DNA from: Nitrososphaerota archaeon
GTDB taxonomy: Archaea > Thermoproteota > EX4484-205 > JAAOZP01
Assembly (NCBI GenBank): GCA_011605725.1
Contig: JAAOZP010000010.1
Location: 1 to 64,000, forward strand
Reading direction: 5' to 3'
DNA length: 64,000 nt
Shown: one piece after another, positions 56,700-64,000 of the stretch
How the letters are laid out: every line of letters starts with the position of its first letter
Numbering within the stretch: position 1 is the stretch's first letter
Notes under the pieces: model-generated
Databases searched by the model: none
What the model was told of the DNA's origin: nothing
Seen by the model: the letters and a program-made list of their open reading frames with translations, nothing else
Position numbers and translations under genes: made by a program

Positions 56700-57870
56700 A
56701 TCTCAAAGCCTCCACAGGCCTTATCCTGGAGGCGTTCCAAGATGGAAGCAGGCTACTCAGGAAGCTCGCCGAAACCGCGATAATAAGACCGTTTAAAACA
56801 GGCTCGTAGCTGATTATGAATGGCAGATTTATCTGAAACCTGAATATTCTTGGGAGCAGATAAACAACAATAACGTAGCCCAAGCCCATGCCTAGGGCAG
56901 ATCCCAATAATCCTCCTAAAAGGCCCAGCATGATTCCCTCTACTAGGAAAATGTAAAGAACCTGTAGAGGTGAAGCGCCTATAGACTTCAAAACCCCTAT
57001 TTCCCTTATCTTTTCCCTTATGCTCATCGTGATCGTGTTCATGGTTCCAACGCCGGCTACTATTATGCTTATGGCGCTTATGGTGAATATTACTGCGTCT
57101 ATCGTATCCAGAATAGCTTGGCTCTGCTTCAGGACATCCTCCTCGGTTGAGACTGAAAGACCAGGGTAAGTAGACCTTATAGCGTTGACAACGCTGCTCA
57201 TGATGCTTGAATTATAAACTCTCACGAGAATCATGTCCGCAAGCCCCCTTTTATTCAGAATCCTCTCCCCCTGCTCAAGACTCATCACAACAACCGAAGC
57301 GGGCCCTGCCAGCGCAGCCTGAAAAAGCCCACCGATCTCGGAAAGACCAACAACCTTGAAAGTAACTCCCTCCTGCATGTATGATGTCACAATCCTCACG
57401 GTTGAGTTCACTGAAACACGTAGTTTCTTAGCAGACTCCTCTGGCATTAAGCATTCTCTAGCGTTTGGAGAAGAAACTCCTGAGCCGCTTAAAATCGTCT
57501 GGAACGATTTTATCTCCTCTACTGGCACAGCCAGTATGAACGCGTTGCTCGACTCAACTAGGCCTGAGCCGATTATGACTGGAACAGCTCTTTCTACACC
57601 AGGAATATTGTTTAGAAGATGAACCACGTAGATCGACATGGGTTCACTGTTCCTAGTCCTAACTATTATCGACGATCCCAGTAGAGTATTTATCTCACTC
57701 TCAACCCTTGCACGCATGCCGAGTGAAACTATAAAGAGCGAGACGAGGGAGGCTATGCCTATTGAAATACCCAGTATAGTAAGACCTGCCCTAAGCTTCT
57801 TGCTCGAAATATCCCGCAGAGCGTAGCGTGTCAAGTATAGTAGTGTGATCATCCCCATTCGTGCGGTCAA
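56692..57870 (-). CDS. MacB/FtsX-type ABC permease
   Basis: LRAGLTILGISIG, extracellular domain, E..REIGVLKSIGA, P..ASRIRPVEALRYE. Confidence 0.93.
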   Translation of the reverse strand: MTARMGMITLLYLTRYALRDISSKKLRAGLTILGISIGIASLVSLFIVSLGMRARVESEINTLLGSSIIVRTRNSEPMSIYVVHLLNNIPGVERAVPVIIGSGLVESSNAFILAVPVEEIKSFQTILSGSGVSSPNARECLMPEESAKKLRVSVNSTVRIVTSYMQEGVTFKVVGLSEIGGLFQAALAGPASVVVMSLEQGERILNKRGLADMILVRVYNSSIMSSVVNAIRSTYPGLSVSTEEDVLKQSQAILDTIDAVIFTISAISIIVAGVGTMNTITMSIREKIREIGVLKSIGASPLQVLYIFLVEGIMLGLLGGLLGSALGMGLGYVIVVYLLPRIFRFQINLPFIISYEPVLNGLIIAVSASFLSSLLPSWNASRIRPVEALRYE

Positions 57871-57942
57871 GTGAGCATATAAATTTTATAACACTCCATG
57901 TTTCTTTTTCAACAAAAATTTAACACATACCTGTTTATAATG

Positions 57943-58764
57943 CTACAGTAGGGAATATACCATGATGCCTAAAAGGCCTGCTGCAAGGTTTGAGACAAGG
58001 TTTACCGTATGATTGTCGAAACACCTAAATCCTTTCACCAAAACATATTCCCCTTGCTTCCCAGGTTTTTCACAAAGCCTGCCGTCCGCTTTAGAAACGT
58101 ACGCTCCCTGAATGGTTGCTCCAAGCAGGCTGTCCACAATCATTCCAAGGAACCCGCCTGTTACGCATGCCGCTAGTAAGCGTTGAGCATCATTAACTCT
58201 AGAAAGGATGCCTGCACCATTAGCCTGAAGCGTCAGCGCGACAAGTGCTATAGCCATGGCTCCTGAAAGCCCTGCTAAAGTACCTAATAGGGTGACTCCC
58301 CCTGAAACTCCTTTCTCAACCTTCCTGCTAAGGTTCGTTATAAGCCTCGGCTTAGAATTGCTTAACAAGCCTATTTCAGTGGCCAGCGTGTCTGCTGCAG
58401 CCGAGCAAACACTGGTGGTGAAGAAGACGAGAAACACCTCCATCCGGAAAACATGCTCAAGAATAATAGATACCGCAGCCGGCCCGCCGTTTGCGAGAAC
58501 GTTAATCCAGCTTCTAACCCCGCCCTTCTCCTGGGTTAAAGCATCCTGCTCCTTGTCTCTACGTCGATACTTCGTGGAAGCAACGCCCAAGATTAGGAAC
58601 GCTAACAGTATTATGAAGCAGTCCCAGCCTCCTAGGAAGAGTACTACTACTCCTAGAAAAATAGAGGCTAAGACTCCGGAGAAGGTTAGGGAGTGCGAGA
58701 AATAGGTTGCTACCGCCAGCGTGACTATCACGAGCGTTTCAACGAGTATTTCGCCGAGCATCAA
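57943..58764 (-). CDS. DUF92/TMEM19-family membrane protein
   Basis: R.W.NVLANG, ADTLATEIG, G.SGGVTLLG, DSLLGATIQ, N..VN. Confidence 0.92.
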   Translation of the reverse strand: MMLGEILVETLVIVTLAVATYFSHSLTFSGVLASIFLGVVVLFLGGWDCFIILLAFLILGVASTKYRRRDKEQDALTQEKGGVRSWINVLANGGPAAVSIILEHVFRMEVFLVFFTTSVCSAAADTLATEIGLLSNSKPRLITNLSRKVEKGVSGGVTLLGTLAGLSGAMAIALVALTLQANGAGILSRVNDAQRLLAACVTGGFLGMIVDSLLGATIQGAYVSKADGRLCEKPGKQGEYVLVKGFRCFDNHTVNLVSNLAAGLLGIMVYSLL

Positions 58765-58799
58765 AAGCTGGAGGATTCTTCTCAGAGGGCTATTTAAGC

Positions 58800-59558
58800 T
58801 TAGCCTAGGGAGGTAAGTCTCTCTATAAGCTCCTTAGCAGAGCCTAGGTTTGACAATGCTACAACTATCCCGTCAACCTTAGCTATCTCCGCGGCGACGG
58901 GGTCAAGGCTCTTAGGACCATGGAGAACAATCATTTTCGGCTTAAAAGGGTATAAGTGTATCCCAACGAGCGGGCTTCTTCCATGTTGAACATTAGTGAA
59001 GACAAGCGTCCTTATGTTCGTGTAGCCGAAAACATTAACCATGTCATACCATTTGAAATATAGTATTGCTTTAACGCTGTCGAGCACAGTGTGGCCGAAG
59101 ACAAAATCGTCAAGCATGTCTGGGAATGTTTCCACCCTGCCCTCAACAGCCTCAACAACCTTCCGCATGGAAACAGGCTTAGAATACTCCTTCATATCCA
59201 GGATTATCCCTTTAAGAATCGGCTCCGTCTTCAGCAGGTCTATTAGATGTGCACCGCCCCTTTCAGCATCGCTTTCAACAAGGTTCTGAACATAGTGTCT
59301 TAGAAAACCTATTCCAGGGTTTCTCCTCCTGCCTGTTTCATAGTCGCTTATTACTGAAGCTGAAATCCCCATTTTGCTTGCTAAGGTTTTCTGCGAGATC
59401 CCGAACTTCTCACGCCAGTTTCTCAAAACTATGAAGGGCTGCTCAGCTAGGACAACGTCGCTGATGATCTTCTTCATAGACACCTGCTTGGCTACCGTAA
59501 GTAGTTCACTGAGATAGGGGACAAGCTCATCGCTCATAGTCGAGAAAGGAATAAACAT
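58800..59558 (-). CDS. Archaeal XRE-HTH regulator with C-terminal domain (COG1709-like)
   Basis: LRNWRE.FGISQ..LA..MGISASVISDYETGRR.NPG; G.TVLDS, FTNV..GRSP. Confidence 0.9.
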   Translation of the reverse strand: MFIPFSTMSDELVPYLSELLTVAKQVSMKKIISDVVLAEQPFIVLRNWREKFGISQKTLASKMGISASVISDYETGRRRNPGIGFLRHYVQNLVESDAERGGAHLIDLLKTEPILKGIILDMKEYSKPVSMRKVVEAVEGRVETFPDMLDDFVFGHTVLDSVKAILYFKWYDMVNVFGYTNIRTLVFTNVQHGRSPLVGIHLYPFKPKMIVLHGPKSLDPVAAEIAKVDGIVVALSNLGSAKELIERLTSLG

Positions 59559-59588
59559 TAGCCGATACTTAAGCCTTTACCGTAATGT

Positions 59589-60005
59589 TCAGCCACGCCG
59601 GCCAGCATAGACGCGCTTAGGGTTAAAAACCCTGTTCTCAACTATCTTTAAACCACCATTCTTAAGAATCTTCCTGTAGAAACAGGTTTTATAGCCCATG
59701 TGGCAAGCTCCTGGGCCCTCCTGCTCAACTGTGAAGAGTAGAGCACTGTTTTCACAGTTGATCTTCACTTCTAAAACCCTCTGAACAAAGCCAGAGGACT
59801 CTCCTTTCATCCAGACTCTTCCTCTTCTCCTCGAATAGTAGTGCATGAATCCGGTTGAGAGGGTTTTTAAAAGAGCATTCTTATCCATGAAAGCAACCAT
59901 CAGGACTTCTCCCTCACTATTCATCGTCACCACTGGGATAAGGCCGTTTTCAAAATTAAGTTTAGAAAGGACTCGCCTGGTTTTTCTAAAGCTTATTTTA
60001 AACAC
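59589..60005 (-). CDS. hisI: Phosphoribosyl-AMP cyclohydrolase
   Basis: GLIP, VLM.A.M, YSR.R..W.KGESSG, NCE, ACH.G..TCF. Confidence 0.95.
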   Translation of the reverse strand: MFKISFRKTRRVLSKLNFENGLIPVVTMNSEGEVLMVAFMDKNALLKTLSTGFMHYYSRRRGRVWMKGESSGFVQRVLEVKINCENSALLFTVEQEGPGACHMGYKTCFYRKILKNGGLKIVENRVFNPKRVYAGRRG

Positions 60006-60621
60006 TTGCCCCGCCTCCGCAGAGCCTTAAAAAGTTTTCAAGGATTCTCAGCCCAGCCTGCCAGCTTTTCTCAGGGTGAAACTGCACGCCGAAAATGTTT
60101 CCCTTCTCAAACACAACTGGGAACTTTAGACCCTCATAGCTAGTAAAGGCGGACGCGTCTTCAGCATCATAATCCAAGGGTGCGTAAGAGTGTACAAAAT
60201 ACATGTAGGCACCGTTCGCTAAGCCGTTCAGAATAACAGATTTCCTTACTATTTCTATATTGTTCCAACCCATGTGTGGAAGCCTTCTAACAGGGATCCT
60301 TTTAACAAGACCCCTGAAAAATCCGAGGCCTTTCTCACTCGGCTTCCCTTCTTCGCTTCCATTGAACATGAGTTGCAGACCTAAGCATATTCCAAGTATA
60401 GGATAACCGTTCTCCGCAATACTCATAATCCTTTCTCTCTCTTCATCGACCTTCTCAAAAGCAGCGGAATAGCTTCCAACCCCTGGAATAACCAGGCCGT
60501 CAAAATCTTCCTCAAGAATTATTGACGAGACTATTCTGGGTTCTGCCCCTGCTTTTTTCAGGGATGCGCTTATGCTCGCCAGGTTTCCAACCCCACAGTC
60601 GAGTATTAGTATTTTTTTCAT
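59998..60621 (-). CDS. hisH: Imidazole glycerol phosphate synthase glutaminase subunit
   Basis: GNL.S, PGVG, GICLG.Q, PHMGWN, YFVHSY, QFHPEKS. Confidence 0.97.
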   Translation of the reverse strand: MKKILILDCGVGNLASISASLKKAGAEPRIVSSIILEEDFDGLVIPGVGSYSAAFEKVDEERERIMSIAENGYPILGICLGLQLMFNGSEEGKPSEKGLGFFRGLVKRIPVRRLPHMGWNNIEIVRKSVILNGLANGAYMYFVHSYAPLDYDAEDASAFTSYEGLKFPVVFEKGNIFGVQFHPEKSWQAGLRILENFLRLCGGGASV

Positions 60622-60902
60622 CTGTGCCTACGCCTTCTCTCAAGCTCTTTCACAACTTCCTCAAGCTCTACTCCGGATGCTGCCAGAACTATGAGATAAT
60701 GGAAGAGTAGGTCAGCTGCCTCCGCGACTTTGTCACCATTACCCTGTACTGCTGAAGCGAATTCAAAAGCCTCTTCCCCGAATTTTCCAAGCACTCTATC
60801 CATTCCTCTTTCAACAATACTCGCGACATAGGATCCCTCCGGCTTCTCACGCACCCTGTTTTTAACGACTTCGAATAGTTCGCCCAAGTACTCGATGGTC
60901 AA
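60618..60902 (-). CDS. hisE: Phosphoribosyl-ATP pyrophosphohydrolase
   Basis: [20 protein letters not shown]. Confidence 0.96.
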   Translation of the reverse strand: MTIEYLGELFEVVKNRVREKPEGSYVASIVERGMDRVLGKFGEEAFEFASAVQGNGDKVAEAADLLFHYLIVLAASGVELEEVVKELERRRRHR

Positions 60903-61657
60903 AGCCTTACTTCAACCCCTTTCTCCATTAACCATCTCTTAATATCTAAAACGCTGTACTGATCGTAATGGAGGAGTGAAGCAATGAGTGCGGCATCAGC
61001 ACCCCCTTTGGTAAGAGCCTCATAAACATGCTGTAACGAGCCGGCTCCGCCTGAAGCTATTATAGGTATGTTGACGCTTTTCCTCGCCGCCTGTAAAAGT
61101 TCAACATCGTAGCCTAACTTGGTTCCATCCGCGTCTATGCTTGTCAAAAGTATTTCGCCAGCACCCTCGTATTCACATGTCTTAATCCATTCAAGCGCGT
61201 CCAGCCCAGTCGGTTCTTTTCCAGCTTTAACATAGACTTCCCATCCCTTCTCAACTCTCTTAGCGTCAACAGCAACCACTACGCATTGCTGCCCGAAAAT
61301 ACTGCTAGCCCTTCTAATCAGGCTCCTGTCCCTGACGGCTGCAGTATTGACTGAAACCTTATCTGCACCAGCCCTAAGGAGTCTTCCAAAATCCTCCACG
61401 CTTCTAACTCCTCCTCCAACAGTCAGGGGAATGAAAAGGTTTTCAGCAGTCTTCTCAACCACTTCCAACATTGTTTCCCTTCCCTTCGGCGTGGCTGAAA
61501 TATCTAGGAAAACTATTTCGTCAGCAGACTGCTCCATGTATTTGACGGCGAGCTCCGCAGGGTCTCCTATTCTCTTAAGGTTTGAAAACTTGACACCCTT
61601 AACCACAATACCGTCATAAACATCAAGACATGGAATTAATCTCTTGGTTAAACCCAT
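60899..61657 (-). CDS. hisF: Imidazole glycerol phosphate synthase cyclase subunit
   Basis: [43 protein letters not shown]. Confidence 0.98.
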   Translation of the reverse strand: MGLTKRLIPCLDVYDGIVVKGVKFSNLKRIGDPAELAVKYMEQSADEIVFLDISATPKGRETMLEVVEKTAENLFIPLTVGGGVRSVEDFGRLLRAGADKVSVNTAAVRDRSLIRRASSIFGQQCVVVAVDAKRVEKGWEVYVKAGKEPTGLDALEWIKTCEYEGAGEILLTSIDADGTKLGYDVELLQAARKSVNIPIIASGGAGSLQHVYEALTKGGADAALIASLLHYDQYSVLDIKRWLMEKGVEVRL

Positions 61658-61662
61658 TTCCC

Positions 61663-62244
61663 CTACAAAACCCCCTTTTCACTCGGAATATTTGAACCTG
61701 TTATTGTAACCGCCTGTTTGAAAGCAAGCCCGGCAGCTTTAAAAACGGCTTCAGCCAAGTGATGCGGATCACCGTTTCTAAAGACCAGGATGTGAAGCGT
61801 TACGCCAGATGAGTTTGAAAGGCTTCGGAAGAAGTGTGGAATCATGCTGACTCCAATGTTTCCGAGGGTTGTCTGGTTAAATCGCATGTTATGGGAGAAG
61901 AATGGTCTTCCGCTTAAGTCTAGTGAAACACATGCAAGCACCTCATCCATAGGAATAACAGAATAGCCGAACCTGTTCACCCCTTTTTTCTCACCTAAAG
62001 CCCTCCTTAAAGCCTCGCCTAAAGCTATCGCAACATCCTCAATTAAATGGTGTTCATCGCATTCAACAATGTTCTTAGCATTCAGCCTAAGGTTGAAGCC
62101 TGAGAATCTGATCATGCTCCCAAGGAGATGATTAAACATAGGGTAGGGTGTCTCTATGGTGTGCACGCCTTCACCGTCTAAGGTAAGCTCCAGTTCAACC
62201 ACTGTTTCAACTGTTTCCCTACGAACTGTTGATGTTCTTGTCAA
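61663..62244 (-). CDS. hisB: Imidazoleglycerol-phosphate dehydratase
   Basis: [36 protein letters not shown]. Confidence 0.97.
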   Translation of the reverse strand: MTRTSTVRRETVETVVELELTLDGEGVHTIETPYPMFNHLLGSMIRFSGFNLRLNAKNIVECDEHHLIEDVAIALGEALRRALGEKKGVNRFGYSVIPMDEVLACVSLDLSGRPFFSHNMRFNQTTLGNIGVSMIPHFFRSLSNSSGVTLHILVFRNGDPHHLAEAVFKAAGLAFKQAVTITGSNIPSEKGVL

Positions 62245-62966
62245 TCCTCAGCAATCCTCCTTAAATCCTCTAGGCTTAGCAACCCATCATATAAGGCTTT
62301 ACCAATAACTACGCTTTCCACGCCGGTTTTTTTCAACGTCAAAATATCTTCCGGAGAAGAGACTCCTCCAGCATAAGTGAGCTTTAAACCTGTTTCCCTA
62401 AGCATGGATAAGAAGGAAAGCGTTTCATAGCGTAACCCTGCTAACGAGCCTTCTTTTCCAACATCGGTTATTAGAATTCCTTCTAAACCTATTGTCTCAT
62501 CGACTTTCAGAACCCATTTGGCGACATCCTTCTCCAAGGCAATCATGCTTTCCCTACCTATGCCTCTAAACATGTTTCTTCCCAGATAGTCTATTCCTAG
62601 AACAATTTTCCCCAAGCCTGAGAAATCATAAAGGGCATTCGTCGAACAGGGTTTCAGTCTCACGACGACCCTTGAAGCACCGTTTAGAATAAAATCTTCA
62701 ACTTGCTTCCTGCTCCTGATTCCGCCAGCGACTTGAACCGGTATCCCGACTGAGCGTATAACCCTCTTAACAATTTCAGTATTGCTTCTTCCCGTGTTTA
62801 ACGAAGCATCTATATCGACTATGTGAATCATGCGGGCACCTTTTTTCTCCCAATAAATTGCTATTGTAACCGGATCGGAGTCTTCAAGGGTCTTATTCGC
62901 AACATGACCGACTACCTCAACCCTCTTCGAATCCATTATGTCTATCGATGGAACTATTTTCATCAA
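62241..62966 (-). CDS. hisA: ProFAR isomerase (divergent)
   Basis: IVPSIDI, IHIVDID, QVAGGIRS, YAGGV, VIGKALY; within the his operon. Confidence 0.9.
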   Translation of the reverse strand: MMKIVPSIDIMDSKRVEVVGHVANKTLEDSDPVTIAIYWEKKGARMIHIVDIDASLNTGRSNTEIVKRVIRSVGIPVQVAGGIRSRKQVEDFILNGASRVVVRLKPCSTNALYDFSGLGKIVLGIDYLGRNMFRGIGRESMIALEKDVAKWVLKVDETIGLEGILITDVGKEGSLAGLRYETLSFLSMLRETGLKLTYAGGVSSPEDILTLKKTGVESVVIGKALYDGLLSLEDLRRIAED

Positions 62967-63841
62967 ATAATCACCTTATCAATATTGAGAACAAGGATAT
63001 CCCGCGCACCCTTGTTCTTAACGTTGTAAACCACTTCGAAAACCTTATCTGAATCAACGACAGTCATGACTTCCCACATGGGTTCCTTAGACTCTACTTT
63101 AGAGATCGTTGGGCCGCTCATACAGGGTAGACAGCCGACAACTTCCTTCAGACATTCTTCGGGAACATTCATCATTAGAAGCTTCTTTCCTTGGGCCATT
63201 TGCGTTGCTTGAATAATGGATATGATGCTTCCAATAATTTGCTGCTTCTCGGAGTTTTTAAGGCTGTTCCTATTGCCTATTAACACTGCCTGCGAATCCA
63301 TAATGGTTGAAAGAACCTTCAACCCGTGTATTAGAAGCGTTGTGCCTGTGCTCATAACTGAAACTATGCAGTCGGATAGACCTAGGTTCGGCATTGTCTC
63401 AGAGGTTCCTTCAACACTTATGATTTCTGCGTTAGCATTCAGGCTTTTAAAGAAGCTTCTCGATATGTTTGGGAACTCTGTTGCTACTTTGAAACCATCT
63501 TTTTTGAGCAGATCGTTTAAGTCGTTGAACCTCGATGATGGTGCTGCAAGCACGAGCTTAGCATGACCATAGTTAAGTGGAAGGACCTCTTCAACGTCTA
63601 CGCCTGACTCCTTAACGAGATCTCTTCCAGTAATACCTAGGTCTACAACACCGTTTTCAACCATCCTCGGAATATCTGCCGCACGGTTGAACACTACCGC
63701 AAGCCCTTTTAAACGGGAGATAGCTTGGTAACTCCGATCATTAGGAAAGTAAGTTATCAGACCTGATGAGCCTAGTAGTTCAAGCGAAGGCTGGAATAAC
63801 CTTCCTTTGCTGGGAAGAGCTAGGAAAACCTGGTTGCTCAA
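62963..63841 (-). CDS. hisG: ATP phosphoribosyltransferase (long form)
   Basis: ALPSKGRL, R..DIP..V..G..DLGITG.D, VATEFP, STGTTL; C-terminal regulatory domain. Confidence 0.97.
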   Translation of the reverse strand: MSNQVFLALPSKGRLFQPSLELLGSSGLITYFPNDRSYQAISRLKGLAVVFNRAADIPRMVENGVVDLGITGRDLVKESGVDVEEVLPLNYGHAKLVLAAPSSRFNDLNDLLKKDGFKVATEFPNISRSFFKSLNANAEIISVEGTSETMPNLGLSDCIVSVMSTGTTLLIHGLKVLSTIMDSQAVLIGNRNSLKNSEKQQIIGSIISIIQATQMAQGKKLLMMNVPEECLKEVVGCLPCMSGPTISKVESKEPMWEVMTVVDSDKVFEVVYNVKNKGARDILVLNIDKVII

Positions 63842-64000
63842 CTTGCCAGAACCCTCCTTAAAACATGTAGAAAGTATTTCAGCTCAATCATGGTTCCAAC
63901 AGTGACTCTTAGAAAAGACTTCTCAATACCTCCCCATTCGGATGTCACTGAACGCACCCTTATGTTTTCAGCAAGAAGCTTTTCGAAGATTCTTTGAGCG
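63838..64000 (-). CDS. hisC: 3' end of histidinol-phosphate aminotransferase (partial)
   Basis: ...IFEKLLAENIRVR...FLRVTVGT...LAS*; TTGA overlap with the hisG start. Confidence 0.8.
   Translation of the reverse strand, partial: AQRIFEKLLAENIRVRSVTSEWGGIEKSFLRVTVGTMIELKYFLHVLRRVLAS

Noticed and set aside
8909-63566. Numerous antisense or nested ORFs in the track (e.g. 8909-9505, 15388-15849, 21468-22055, 40065-40547, 43867-44352, 58256-58705)
   Set aside because: Shadow frames of well-supported genes with S/F/L-rich antisense composition
1-64000. CRISPR arrays, rRNA, intact tRNA, DGR or retron components, IS transposases
   Set aside because: No regularly spaced repeats, cloverleafs, reverse-transcriptase or transposase motifs seen by eye

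Overview
This is an archaeal chromosome segment, most likely from a TACK-group lineage. That placement is inference from TFE-beta, an EMC6-like protein, the GPN GTPase, and both Smc-ScpAB and a ClsN/SMC5-6-like protein; it is not proven. Bases 1 to ~12,756 are the right-hand part of an AT-rich integrated element. It ends at a 15-bp tRNA(Pro-like) 3'-end copy (putative attR) and encodes a tyrosine integrase with a C-terminal Zn ribbon, its own Cdc6/Orc1 with a Walker B E->N change, a PD-(D/E)xK nuclease, surface proteins and several unknown cargo operons. Two structures stand out inside the element. First, short perfect (GC)n-core palindromes (best copy GATAGCGCGCGCTATC) sit in non-coding DNA at cargo boundaries. 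Second, a 64-bp duplication of the cdc6 3' end brackets a 2.1-kb insert. Together they suggest a cassette-capture or nested-integration system. The rest (12.8-64 kb) is mostly housekeeping: hisD, GPN GTPase, uppS, pepQ, smc-scpA-scpB (Smc carries a 162-aa mini-intein in its Walker A), rps8e-srp19-gar1-tfeB-rlmE, trm1, GGR, a short hinge-less SMC5/6-like ATPase, RqcH, EMC6-like, apgM, hjc, a degenerate GH3 plus a BPL_N protein, carAB, the pyr cluster, ilvE, a MacB-type ABC system with a long coiled-coil surface partner, and the his operon. No rRNA, intact tRNA or CRISPR array was seen. All calls come from reading motifs by eye; no searches were run.
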